Made by a program: the position numbers and the translations under genes
Notes under the pieces: generated by a model
Told to the model about the DNA's origin: nothing
Database searches by the model: none
The model's input: the letters and a program-made list of their open reading frames with translations, nothing else
Part shown: positions 26,547-39,393 of the stretch, one piece after another
Layout of the letters: each line of letters begins with the position of its first letter
Position numbering within the stretch: the first letter of the stretch is position 1
Assembly: GCF_018350175.1 (NCBI RefSeq)
Contig: NC_058368.1
Coordinates: 58,468,001-58,532,000 of the forward strand
Direction: 5' to 3'
Origin: Felis catus
Lineage: Eukaryota
Length of the DNA stretch: 64,000 bases

Positions 26547-27149
26547 ATGGGGATTATTTCATGAATTTAGAAAGTCAGATCCAATAAAATTCATGTATAC
26601 ATTTTATAAGATATATGTTATACTATTGAGAATTAAACTTTGAAATTAAGTTCCCTAAATTAATTATGGCAGAGCATTAAGTATAACCATGTTGACAGAT
26701 CACAAGGCTACCTACTTCCTGAGAGCAGGTATGCTATCTCTCCCTAGAGTTTTTGCTCCTTCCCACCATAAAATTATGACCATTAAAATCATCCTTATGA
26801 AAATAATACAGGTAACTTAAATTGCATGTCTTTTATGAAATTAGTGATTTTGAACACAGCAGGATAAAACAATGGAACAGGAAATTTTCATTAAGTGAGA
26901 ATAAAAAAGTAATCTTGATGTTTGAAACCAGTGGACAAGATTGAGCAGTGAAAATGTTTGTTAAACAGAAGGAATAAATAGTCAAAACAAAGTTCTGACT
27001 ATTGCACAACATATGTATGACTAGCTTCCTGTGAAGCAGAATAATGCATTATAAACACAGGCTTACTAATTAATTCTTGAAAAGTAAACTGAGTGAAAGA
27101 ATTTGGGTTCCCATCATTTCTGAAATTCTCAAGAGTGCCTACATTCAAA

Positions 27150-27620
27150 TAGGACTGCTTTAACAAAAATTCTGATCAGGTCCCAGCCCCACTCAGTAAC
27201 CTTCACCTGTCAATAATTGCATATAGAAAAATGACCACCCTCCCATCTGGCCCTGAAAACCTTTCGTAATATGCTTCTCCTCCACCTATAGCATGTTATA
27301 TTCCATTTCTTCCTTCACAGTCTCTGTCTTTCAGCCAGTTAAAAACTCTTTTTTCATACAGGCCCAATCCTTTCCTCTCTCTGTGTCTTGCCTGAAATTG
27401 TTTACTTTTCTAAGAATAACCTAAGTACCTCAGTTGCTTGCCAAATTCCATTCATATTTACTTCAGAAATTGTTACTTCAGAAATAAGGCCCAGTTCAAG
27501 TGCCTTGTGATATTTTTACTAATTTGTCTTCCCAGAATATCCATAGCACTGTATCTGTGCTCACCCTGAGGGACAGATCTATTTACATCTTTTTCTCTAG
27601 CTGTTTATACTGATGAGATA
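27150..27620 (+). mobile_element. L2 3' fragment (decayed)
   Basis: Pyrimidine-rich L2-like text (CTGATCAGGTCCCAGCCCCACTCAGTAACCTTCA, GGCCCAGTTCAAGTGCC). Boundaries are approximate. Confidence 0.45.
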
Positions 27621-27697
27621 TTTTTTCTCCTTTTCAAGATGGAAAATTTCAGGATATTATAATCTTCATTAAATCTCTTTCTCTTTCTCCATATATA

Positions 27698-27701
27698 TGT
27701 G

Positions 27702-27750
<49 letters not shown>
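27698..27750. repeat. (TG)n microsatellite
   Basis: Direct reading. Confidence 0.98.
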
Positions 27751-27753
<3 letters not shown>

Positions 27754-30711
27754 TATCCGTATCCCAGTTCTGGACCATAAATAAGAAGCATTAAGGCTAG
27801 ACATAGCTAGAGCGAGGGGAGACTACAAGGCTCTAGGAGAAGCTGTGCATTAAGCTCTGTGCTGTATTCTACATTATGGCACAGCAGTGATTATATACAT
27901 TATCCATACCAGAACATCTAAGTGTACTATACAGAGTCCCTGTGGCCAAAGCATAGTATAAAGGGGCCCAGAAATTTATATAGGCCATAGTGATGAGACC
28001 ATGGCTCCTGAAACTGGTCAACCAACAGAGATCAGGGGATAGAGCAAAAAGTCAAGTAATTTAAAAACTTAAGAGAAAAAAAAAGAAGAAAAAAAATGAG
28101 ATCCACAGACTTAGCCAGCACAATAGATTCAATGGCTCAACCGGGCCAGCTGCGTTCCTGTGCAAACGCCCAGATCAGACCACGTCACCTAGAAGAAGGC
28201 CTCAAGAATAGCATAAAAACCTGCACATGTGTATGCAAACAAAATAAGCTTCATTCATTTCCTCCAAGTATCATTAGACAGTCTGAACATGGAGCAGCTA
28301 TGTCTCATGGTCAGAATGGCAAGAGAGGAAATGTGAAAAACTGAGCATTGATCCAAGGAAAACTGGGTTATTCAAAAATGAGTTACTAGTCAAAAGAATC
28401 TAAAAATGGTGTTATTTCAGAAAGTTATGCTCCCCCAAATTTGATAATTTCGACCAATAGAAATTAAAGAGGAGCATTTTTATTGCATATTTGAGTTGTG
28501 CCATGAATTAATGTTTGTTGTTCTGCTATACTAGCAAAAATAATTTAATATCATTATTGAACAAAAAACATTTTCTTTTTAATGAGATTAAGAAAAGTTA
28601 GCAAAAAGAGTCCTTGAATAGAAAGTATGAAATCTTTTTTTAATTCAGTTAAACCTGTGAAAAATGTCAACAGCCATCTTTTAATTTACAGATTTTTTGT
28701 GTATGTGTGTATGAATATTAGAAATCCATATTCACTCAAAATAAGGGTAGTAAATAAAAATTGAGGCTTATTCATAAATCCATTTTATGCCCATTTACAA
28801 TGATGTGTTGATGAATTGTCTATACTTTTAGAATCATTAACCAGGGACTTTGCAGAGTATTTAAATGTGTAAATATAGCACTTAACGTCTACTACCAGCT
28901 CAAAGAAAAAAACAAAAAGTTCTATTTTCCACCTTCAGAATTGTCTTGATTAATGTTCTGTGTCTTTCTCCTTTGTGTCATGGAGAATTAGCAGATAACA
29001 TCCTACTTCGCAAAGAAAACAGAAACTATGTAAAGTGATTTCCCTCAAAAACACATTATTTTTACTTTATTACTTCCCAACTGTAACTGAGATTTTCCAT
29101 TTTCTACTCCAATGAGGGCATTTTTAAGTACATTAAAAATAATAATTGTCAAAATCACAAAGTCTGTCTTATTCCTCTGTGGCTTTGGGTTGTATTGGCC
29201 CATCTCCTTCTTCTTATTGCTCCAGAGACAACATACTCTATGTTTTGAACTTCACAATTTAAAATATGCATTTTTGCTAGTTTTCTGTCATTATTTCCTT
29301 TCTTCTCATTCTCTTCATTTTTCTCAGTGAGCTGCCATGATTTAATTTTGGATCTATATGTGATGGATTTTTTAATCTACTTTTCCAGACCAAACACCTT
29401 CCCAATCCCTAGAATATGTGCAATTGATTATTGGATATTTTCATTTGGTTGTCTTACACAGATATCTCAAACTCAGTGTCTAAATCTGTGATCATCATAT
29501 ATCATGCAAATGGACTCTTTCCCTGTATAACCTACTTGGTAAATATATTTTTGGAGCTCACTCTCAAATTTTCCTCTTGTTAAACCCTCATGTCCATTAA
29601 TAACTAATGGATAACTATATATGATGGCAATATCATAATCATAGCTATACATGATGGCTCCTAAATAACTCTGTATTATATCATAATTTCTCCATCCCCA
29701 CTCTCCTGTCATTAATTTGGTACCTGTTATTACTGATTATGGTAACTAATGATGGAGAGGAAGAGGAGAGAAAAGGGTATTATAACCTTCAAAATTGTAA
29801 ATCTGACTTTTTCCCAATTTACAATGCCTTTTTTATACCTTCTTCTATTTGAAATCTTGTTTCTTTCATTAGAATACACTTTGCCTTCTGCTCCCTTTCT
29901 TAATTGGATTATTCTTATTTAATATTCAAAATCAAGTATGATTTTTTTATATAACAATATTAGGGAAGATTAATGTATTTGAAATTATTTCATTTGTTCA
30001 AAGAATAAATTTATTGGACCACCACTTTATGCCTAGAACCATAAAAGGGCACTGAGGATATAGCTTTGAAAAATCTCTGTCCTCCCAGAGTTTACAACCT
30101 AAGTTTCCTGCCATTTTGTTGTGCTTAACATATACTAGATATTGTTTTAAGTCCTTTCAATGTACCATTTAACCTCCAGACAAACCCATGAAAGAGGTAC
30201 AATCATTAATGATTATTATCCCTATTTTGCAGATTAAAAAGCTGAGTCACACAGATAGTGACAAATTCTAAACTCAACTTAGATGCTCCTTTTTTCATCA
30301 CTATATTAGGACTATTCAATAAAAACATTACAAATGTACTTGATTGCCACAAGTAAGTCAAACTTTAAGATGAGGATGTTCAGAGGCAGCATTTACAAAC
30401 AAGTGGGGAAAAAATTGTACATTGATTTTAAAATAAGTTGATATGTGAGAGATCATGAGGAATTCCTTGATTTCACATAATTCAGTTCATAAGCCTTATT
30501 GAATATCAAAGATCTGGATGTTTTTTATTCAAAGAAATCTATAGCCAAGTGGGAGAGAAATACAAATGGAAAAAGAAGCAAGAGATAAATAAATTGCAAT
30601 GTAATTATGACTATACTATTGCTTATAATAGTGCATGTTAGAAACAAAAAAGAAAGTGAAATAAATTCTCACAAATAGATCAGGAAACATTCTACAAAAC
30701 AGGTGTCTTTA

Positions 30712-30935
30712 GAGGCGCCTGGGTGGCTCAGTCGGTTAAGCGTCCGACTTCAGCTCAGGTCATGATCTCGCGGTCCGTGAGTTCGAGCCCCGCGTGGGGC
30801 TTTGTGCTGACTGACAGCTCAGAGCCTGGAGCCTGTTTCAGATTCTGTGTCTCCCTCTCTCTGACCCTCCCCGGTTCATGCTCTGTCTCTCTCTGTCTCA
30901 AAAATAAATAAACGTTAAAAAAAATAAAAAAATAA
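30712..30935 (+). mobile_element. Young CanSINE
   Basis: CpG-retaining body. Perfect TSD AAAACAGGTGTCTTTA(GAG) (30696-30714 / 30936-30954). Confidence 0.97.
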
Positions 30936-33900
30936 AAAACAGGTGTCTTTAGAGACTGGTCTTGAAGACAAATAAGGACTAAACAAAACAGTTAAAAATA
31001 TTTCACACTGAGGAAAACAGAAGTGTAAAAACGAAAACTGTATGTTCAAAAATAATAAGTAGACATATTTCAGATCGAATGGAGATGACAGTGGTGTGTT
31101 ATAAAGATAAAAATTAGGCTGGAACTCAGCAGTGAAGGTCTTTTGCTGCTGAAATAAGAAATTTGAATTTCATTCGCAGCACTGGGTGGTTTCTTGACAT
31201 CATGTCAGAAAATGGCATGTTTTTCAAATGTACTTAAATATATCCTTGACCAACCTGGGGTTTCCAAAGAGAGAAATCATGCACAGATTGAGGATTCTAC
31301 CAGATTAACTCAAGGAGCCCTGAATATTGCCTGGACTTCAGGCAGTGAATACAGTTCATTAAATTCTGCCTCAAGGGTTGTTGAAATTGTGTCTAAAGAT
31401 GTTAAAGCAATACAGCATGCCAAAGTAAACGATGAATTCAGTTTTAGTCAATGCAGTTCCCATTTTTAAAATGTCAAAATACTGTTGAATTCAATGGGGA
31501 AAATACCATTGTACAAGCAGAAATTATACTTAATTAATAATAATGATGATAATGTTAAAGGCATATGTGTTATATGTACAGTTATGGATATTTAATTATA
31601 TCTTCTTTTCTCTATTTAAATTTGGTGAATTCCCTTAAGCCTTGTAAGCCATTATAAAATGGGTGAAATTATTTTCCTATCTTAAAAATGTTGTTTGTAG
31701 TCATTAAATGGAATACAGTATATAAAGGACTTACTACAGTAAGTGGTAAGTAATAAATAATATTATTTTATTAGTTATAGTAAAAATAACATTTAATACA
31801 ATAGAAACTAGTAATATAAATTTACCTTATGGGCTATATCTCATCAGTTATTTTAAATTGATGTTTATAATTGTTTTTCTCTTGCGGAAAGAAGAACGAG
31901 TAGGATGGGGTGATACAGCTGGAACTAGTAAGTTTAGGACATGAGTGAAAAATGCTCTTTTAAATCTTGAGGAAAAGAGCTAATGAAGATAATATCTACA
32001 GTCAATACCACATCATGTCACTTATAGAACTGAAAAGTCTGCATATCCAGTGTGAAGATTCTTTATGACACAGTTTTCGTTTTCAAAGTTATACATTTCT
32101 TGATATTTCAGCTTCATATGTTCTATGTTGCTAATGTGGCTTGTAAACTCAAATTTCATAACTACTGAAAGAATAATCTACATGAAAAGAACAACGTAAT
32201 TACTTTCAGTTCATGTGCGTGCATAACTCAGGGTATAATTTCTCTGCATTATAATCTAAAGTTATGTTTTCTAGTTAAAAATATAACTAAAACTAAAATT
32301 TGTTTTGATTGGACAAGACCCAAATGCCTGTCTTCCTCAGCAACTGTTACATAAACAATGATACATGCTCTGCCATGACAGCATTACAGAAAAGTGTGAA
32401 GTCCTGCTGGTATGAGGTTCCCTTCATCCTTTATGTCAGAAGCCCTTTACTTTCTTTTAATGATCACTAATCCATTGCTTTAGGAATCTTCCTTAGACTC
32501 ACTTTTATGTGTTTCACACTAATCTCAGACACAATTCATTCATCAGGATCCATTTTCCATGCAAAAGTTTGCTTTGTGCTTTATGGTGATGAAAGATTGT
32601 GAGTTACAGAGTAAATTATATATTTCCTGAAAATGAGTTAATAGCTAATGCTGTGCCTTAAAAACAACACAAAATGTTTTCTAGTCATGCACAGCTCAAT
32701 TAAAACAGTGTTGTTAGAATGAGCTTACTCCTGTAACTTTGGCATGGATGGGTAAGGTATTCTTATGCAACTATCAGTTTTTCACAACACCTTTTCTACT
32801 CTGCTTAACTGTCACAGGGCCCATCTGCTACATGTTTGTAGCTGACTGATGCCGGCACTGTATGTGGGGAACGTATTCTGTCCATTATTGCCAAAATGTG
32901 TGGGTCTCAATGCTTTCTCTGCCTGCACACTCTTTATACACAGTCCACTTCCATCAGTAACATGTCACGTTACACTTCCATTGGAACTGAGAGATGACAT
33001 TAATGTTCCTCCTGCAAAAAAGAAGGGAGAAAGGAGAAAGGCATGTATGTGTAATTTGAAAAAGACCTTCTGGAGATTCTTACACACTGGATGGCAAGTC
33101 AGGTCCTCATGAGAATTATTGTTACTATTCCTACTGTGACAGCCATCAACATTTTAGCACAAGGAAACCTTCAAAATATTTACTCTGAACAGAAACTTTT
33201 CAAGAGAAATGAAACTAATAAATGGTGTGAAATGCTTAGAAGTATGACCATTAATGGTATGAAAGAAATTGTGAAATAAACATGCTTAAAAAGAACACTG
33301 AGAAAATAACATGCTTTGACTCCCCCTCCCTCCGACTGTGTTTCATGTTTAAATTATTGAGACTACCATTTCTAAAATCATACACTCCCAGGGGATGGAT
33401 AATGGAGCTTGACAGAAGCTTAGGAAATTGTCTCTGTAGCACCCTGCCCGTAGGCAGCTCATGTCTAACCATCTGGGGTGGTTCAGTGTCTGTGCTTCTC
33501 TGTGGGACCTCAGCACACAGACACAAACTGACACTGGAGCTGTCACACCCTGACTTCCCAGGAGTTTTTCAATCACCCAACAGAAACCTGTTATGTATTA
33601 ACAGAATTTTAACTCATTTTTTTTTTGTTTTGATGTTTGAAGACTGCAAAAGAATCAGCACACACACACACACAAACACACACACACAGAGTTGTTGAGT
33701 GTGGTTCATTAGAAAATATTAAACATATTCAAAAGAGAATTAATTATTCAATTAACTAGGATACTTTTAAACAACTTGGTGGTAGAATTTGGAGTTTATA
33801 TTTTATATGCTTGATGTCTTAATGTCATAAACTGTTTTTTAAATATCCAGAAATTGGCCTTGCTTGAATAATTTACTTTATATTTGAACAGTGTAGTTTT

Positions 33901-35419
33901 GTATACATTTTTAACATTCTTAATTTTTCTTTAGCATCTTATAGGAAACAAAACATTTTTGTGACATTGTTAAGAAAATATAATTGCAATCAGCTGTAGA
34001 AGAAAATAATTTTTTACGTATATACGTTTCTTGCACAAAATTCCATGAGATTAGTGGGAATCCCTTGGCTTTTCTATCAGTTTATTGAACCAAAACGATA
34101 GCTTCTGTTTCTGAGCTGAAAAATACACGTTCTCAGTAAGGTTATTTCTCTGATGAAAATGCAATGGGAAACAAGAAAGCCACTGTTCAGCCATCACCTT
34201 TGCTTTGGCAATCTGGGTACTTTGTTTCTAATCTGTAAAAGTGCTTTGAATTGTTCATCCTGCAGTGTAGCTGCTATGCTAAAATGGGATAATCACAGCC
34301 TGAAATACATCTTTTGCTTTCCACTCTGTTCCTTATTTTCTACTTTTTAGAGATCAGCTACTGCTATGATAATCATGCATGTCTGGAACTAGAGGCAATT
34401 TTTAAAACTGCAACTTTTGTTTAGATAAACTGATTTCAGAGAATGACAGTAACTTTGAATGGCCTTGCAAATAACTACCAAAAATTTACCAGTTCCCAAA
34501 AGGTTACAGTCCCTTCTCTTCTAGAGAGAAAGAAGCTGTAAAATAAAAAGCATCCACAATTGCAGACTAATAAGCCAGTATCAATTCATTTTTGGCTAGA
34601 CTTCCAGGAAAATGTCAAAATGAATTTGATTATATACTGTATTAAAAAATTTTGGAGATTAATAATCTGAGTAACAATATAATAAAGTCTTTTTCTCAAG
34701 TGAGTGTTCTGTACATATGCATAGTGAACAGCAGGTTTCTATCTTCTCTGCTTATAAAATCGTAGAAATAAAAAAAAAACAGTTTCAGTGTGATAAGTTT
34801 ATGATAAAAATGAGGTTAAATTTCCTGACAACAGTTGTTAAAATAATAGGATCCCCAGGAAATGTGTTAAATTGCCTTTGAAGATATTTTAAGTTAAGAT
34901 TTCTGGTGCATGTGTTTTTGAACATGTGTTCCTCTATTCTATAAAATGTCTCCTACTTTTTTCTTTCTTCAATAAATGCTTAAAGCCTATTAACAAAAGT
35001 ACATCTTCATAAGTCTTTCCATCTTTGTTACTGTTTGGGAACCAAATAGAGATATACAAAGTAGGACAATATAGTACTGCTTCCTGCATAGAGTAATTTT
35101 CTAGAACACTAACAACAAAACAACAGCAAAAAGACAAATTACAGAAATGTTTACCTTGTTTCTGAACAATCATCCTAAACTTGAAACTCTCTCAATGCCA
35201 TACAAAGGTATAAGACTTTATCATTATTATAACATTTGTATAATGATGCTATACATTTAGAATCAGACTTAACACAATTATAACTATGAAAATAGTTGTC
35301 TTCTGTTCTAGTTCCTCAAGAGAAGGATGGGCTATTAGATATAAAAGGGACATGAAATACTATCTAAGTTAGGATGTCTTAATATGTGGTCCTAGAATCA
35401 TCTATATTAGAATGACCTA

Positions 35420-35612
35420 GAGGAGCCTGGGTGGCTCAGTTGAGCAACCAACTTTTGGTTTTGGATCAGGTCATGATCTCACAGTTTATGAATTCAAGCC
35501 CTTCATCGGGCTCTGCTCTGATAGTGCAGAGCCTGTTTGGAATTCTCCATCTCTCCCTTTCTCTCTGCCCCTCCCATGCTCTCTTAAAATAAATAAACTT
35601 AAAAAAAAAAAA
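35420..35612 (+). mobile_element. CanSINE (older subfamily)
   Basis: GCCTGGGTGGCTCAGTTGAGC head and A tail. Degenerate TSD AGAAT(G/T)ACCT. Confidence 0.92.
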
Positions 35613-35889
35613 AGAATTACCTGGAACAGTTTTTTTTTTTTTTTTTACAGAAGTCCTAAATTGTAATGACTAGCAACTTTGATGGTATATCTTATGAATC
35701 TAAATTTCTAGAAATAAGTATTTCAGCTGAATTAGATTCTTGTTAACCTTAACAATCATTTAAGGATTATTGATACATTACTAAGAATCTAGATGACGCA
35801 CAGTAGGCTCTAAGGATACAAAGATGAATGAGGCGTCCAGTTTTGAAAATATAATCTTACATTGCCTCAAATCAACAAATGGCAAGATT

Positions 35890-36100
35890 GGGGTGCCTGG
35901 GTGGCTCAGTCAGTTAAGCAGCTGACTCTTGGTTTTGGCTCAGGTCATGATCTTGTGGTTCATGAGTTTGAACCCCACATTGGGTTCTGTGCTGCCAGAA
36001 TCCCTACTTGGGATTCTCTTTCCCTCTCTCTTGCCCCCTCCTTGGCGCGCTCTCTCTCTCTCTCTCTGTCTCTCAAAATAAATAAATAAACTTAAAAAAA
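35890..36100 (+). mobile_element. CanSINE (older subfamily)
   Basis: GGGGTGCCTGGGTGGCTCAGTCAGTTAAGC head, (CT)n segment, AATAAA tail. Confidence 0.94.
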
Positions 36101-36789
36101 TAACAAATGCAATTATATAAATGAAATATTTCTAACAACATGTATTGCATATGGAGAAAATATATCAAAGTAAAACTTCCTGGAAGAATTGATATCAGTT
36201 CAAAGCTGGGGCAGCATAAGAAAATCATTAATGAAGGTGAACAGGAAAAGAAGTATTAACATAAGAGTCTATAAGGTATGTGGGGGAAATTTAAGATAAT
36301 GTCATATTATTGCATTATACATCTTGAGGGATGCAACTGTTAGAGAGGTGATGGCTGTTTGTGATTGATTGTTCTTAAGTTTTGTGTTCTCAGATTTGAG
36401 CGCACTGACTCTGGGTTAAGTTTGGTTTGCCATGTAGGCTCCCAGGGCACCAGAGCCACCTCAGTTAACTGGCCTCCTAGTTTAATTATTTTGACAGACC
36501 ATAGACTTGGAAACTTGTTTGAGTATAGATGTGGTAGTTCAAGTGGGAGATGAGGAGATCACAGGTTGAAAGGATAGAAATTAAAGAATGGGACTGAATA
36601 TAGTAGAGCCATAAAACACTGGAACTTTAAAATTATCAGAATGTATAGGATGAAGTATAGGGAGAAATTTAGCATGGCCAACAGGTTAAACATATATCAA
36701 CCAATTAAGAAAATAATATGTTTAACTTCCAACTCTTCAATGGATTGCCAATTCAACTTTAGTAATACAACTACAACTCTCAAAGGCTT

Positions 36790-37021
36790 TTTTTAATTTT
36801 TTTAATTTTTTTTATTTTTTTTAACATTTATTTATCTTTGAGATAGAGAGACAGAGCACGAATGGGGGAGGGTCAGAGAGAGGGAGACATAGAATCTGAA
36901 ACAGGCTCCAGGCTCTGAGCTGTCAGCACAGAGCCCGATGCGGGGCTCGAACTCACGGACCGCGAGATCATGACCTGAGCCGAAGTCGGCCGCCCAACCG
37001 ACTGAGCCACCCAGGTGCCCC
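36790..37021 (-). mobile_element. CanSINE (first of a tandem pair)
   Basis: Full element. TSD TCAAA(G/A)GCTTTTTT (36780- / 37023-). Confidence 0.96.
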
Positions 37022-37027
37022 ATCAAA

Positions 37028-37030
<3 letters not shown>

Positions 37031-37073
<43 letters not shown>

Positions 37074-37279
37074 TTTCAACGTTTACTTATTTTTGGGACA
37101 GAGAGAGACAGAGCATGAATGGGGGAAGGGCAGAGAGAGAGGGAGACACAGAATCGGAAACAGGCTCCAGGCTCTGAGCCATCAGCCCAGAGCCCGACGC
37201 GGGGCTCGAACTCACAGACCGCAAGATCGTGACCTGGCTGAAGTCGGACGCTTAACCGACTGCGCCACCCAGGCGCCCC
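37031..37279 (-). mobile_element. Young felid CanSINE (second of a tandem pair)
   Basis: SINEC_Fc-type diagnostics (GGCGCAG, CAGCCAGGTCACG, GGGCTGATGG), an uninterrupted T-run 37031-37064, and TSD AAAAGCTTTTTT. Confidence 0.97.
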
Positions 37280-37444
37280 AAAAGCTTTTTTTTAAATTGC
37301 TACTTATCTTCACAAAACTGAAGATGGAAATAGTCACTGAATGCCATATGCAAAAAAAAAAAAAATGGAAGTGAACATTTTTGGGAGTTGATAAGTATAG
37401 CCAATATGTGTGACCCACGCTGCAGTTCTATTAAGTGACATAAA

Positions 37445-37751
37445 CAGTAGATTAACTAATACTGAATCATTTTTCCTAGAGCAAACACAGGGTTAGGTTC
37501 CTGTGGGCTCCAGTCTCAGTATTTTCATCAAATGATCAATACATAACTTTGTTTTATATTAATTTCTGCTTTAAAATACCTCAACTATATACGTATATAG
37601 TTGATTCATTAAAATTGAAGCCAGGGCGAGAACCTGGGTGGCTCAGTTGGTTAAGTGTCTGACTTCGGCTAGGGTCATGATCTCCAGTTTCGTGAATTTG
37701 AGCCCCACGTTGGTCTCCATACTGACAGCGCAGAGCCTGGAGCTCCCTACA

Positions 37752-37814
<63 letters not shown>

Positions 37815-38287
37815 GTCTGTCTCAAAAACAAATAAGCATTTAAAAAGTATATTGAAGTCATGGCTACCAGCACTATAACTCATATCTAATGGAAGCTTAT
37901 CTAACATACCTATTTTCTTCATAAGATTCACCATAGCCTTCTTGGGCTGAAGAACACTAAACAGCACTTCAGTGCTATGTTTGGTGGCCATTTTAACCAG
38001 CAAAACTACATACATTAAAAAAAAATGCGAACTAAAATGCCCCAAAACATAGCACTAAATACATCCTGAAGAAGACACTTGTGAGATCTGAAATAAGAAG
38101 GCCGAATCTTGCCTTGTGTGACTTAAGCAGAGAATGTGTGGCACAGGCAACTCAAATTTTTTGCCATCCTGTATGTGTCCCTGAGTGACCGTGAAAGTAC
38201 CTCAACTATTTATTTTGCGTTACCAATAAATTTTAGCAAATAAGAGAACTCACAATTGTGAAATCCACAAATAATGACAATTAATCA
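37445..38287 (-). mobile_element. MER82-like Tigger DNA transposon relic, interrupted by a CanSINE
   Basis: Minus strand resembles MER82 (CATTATTTGTGGATTTCACAATTGTGAG...CTAAAATTTATTGGTAAC). Residual Tigger/CENP-B-type HTH peptide KKAMVNLMKKIGMLDKL...FNESTIY. Confidence 0.75.
37628..37850 (+). mobile_element. CanSINE with expanded (CT)n
   Basis: Head, long CT microsatellite 37755-37813, tail. Degenerate TSD ATTGAAG(C/T)CA(G/T)GGC. Confidence 0.94.
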
Positions 38288-38797
38288 CACTATGCAAAAT
38301 GTTTGGTAAAAGTGCTGGGACTGAGGCGATGATTGGAAAATGGAATAATCTCTTGAATGGAAATTAATTAATGAGAGTATCAAATTCCAATGTTGTTTGA
38401 TTTCCTACATTCCTGGGTAGGTTAAAAAAAGAAGGGTGAAATAGTGATAAAAAATTAAAAATGCAAAACAAAATCATGAAAATATAAAATTTATCTTAGT
38501 GATCTTAACTTTACATACCTTTACTCTTAGGCTAAATTAATTTGTTAAATATAAATGAAAATGAAAAAAAAATTCTTTAACTTACCAAAAAACATTTAAA
38601 CATTAGCGTTTAATACATTATTAATTAGTGTGTTAAAATGCCCTAATTTTATTAAAAATACAGAAAGAAAGCAAAACTTAATTTAATAATGTTTTTTTTT
38701 CTTTGTTACAATATATAGGTAGTTTTTAAGAATTTTTATTAATGTTGCTTATGTTTTTCTTGCATCTTTTAGAGGTAATTATAAAATTCTAATTTGA

Positions 38798-39017
38798 GGG
38801 GGCGCCTGGGTGGCGCAGTCAGTTAAGTGTCCGACTTCAGCCAGGTCACAATCTCACGGTCCGTGAGTTCGAGCCCCGCGTCAGGCTCTGGGCTGATGGC
38901 TCAGAGCCTGGAGCCTGTTTCCGATTCTGTGTCTCCCTCTCTCTCTGCCCCTCCCCCGTTCATGCTCTGTTTCTCTCTGTCCCAAAAATAAATAAACGTT
39001 GAAAAAAAAATCAAAAA
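38798..39017 (+). mobile_element. Young felid CanSINE
   Basis: SINEC_Fc-type body. Perfect 15-bp TSD AAAATTCTAATTTGA (38783-38797 / 39018-39032). Confidence 0.97.
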
Positions 39018-39393
39018 AAAATTCTAATTTGATATAGTAAAAGAAATGAAATAACTATATCATTTTCCCTTCTTTTTTTCTTCATTTTAGAAGTAGATTA
39101 ATAACATTTTCAATTCATTTTTGTAATTTCAGTTACCAGATTAAAAAATTATATAGCAAAATTGAGCAAATATAGCAAAAATGGGCATAGTATGATAGTA
39201 ATCTTTTTATTTTCTCAACTTGCTTTTCTCAGGAGTACTTACAGTAAAAAGGAACACCCAGGCCTCGAAAAGTCAATCAAACCAATGAGGAAAAGGTTAA
39301 AATAATACCTGCTATACAGTATTGTTTTATTGTCATGAGGGCGACAATCATCATTTCTATATCTTGCTCTTTAGATTATAAATAAAAAATGGT

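Noticed and set aside
31194..31469. 91-aa plus ORF and a short minus-strand peptide (DTISTTLEAEFNELYSLPEVQAIFRAP) after a TTTAG
   Set aside because: No recognisable homology, a non-ATG start and weak splice context. Not supportable as an exon without a database search.
33282..33698. 138-aa ORF
   Set aside because: Composition looks random and it ends in a (CA)n-derived THTHT tract. No domain.
37015..37374. 119-aa ORF with poly-F
   Set aside because: Translation of an antisense CanSINE and its poly(T).
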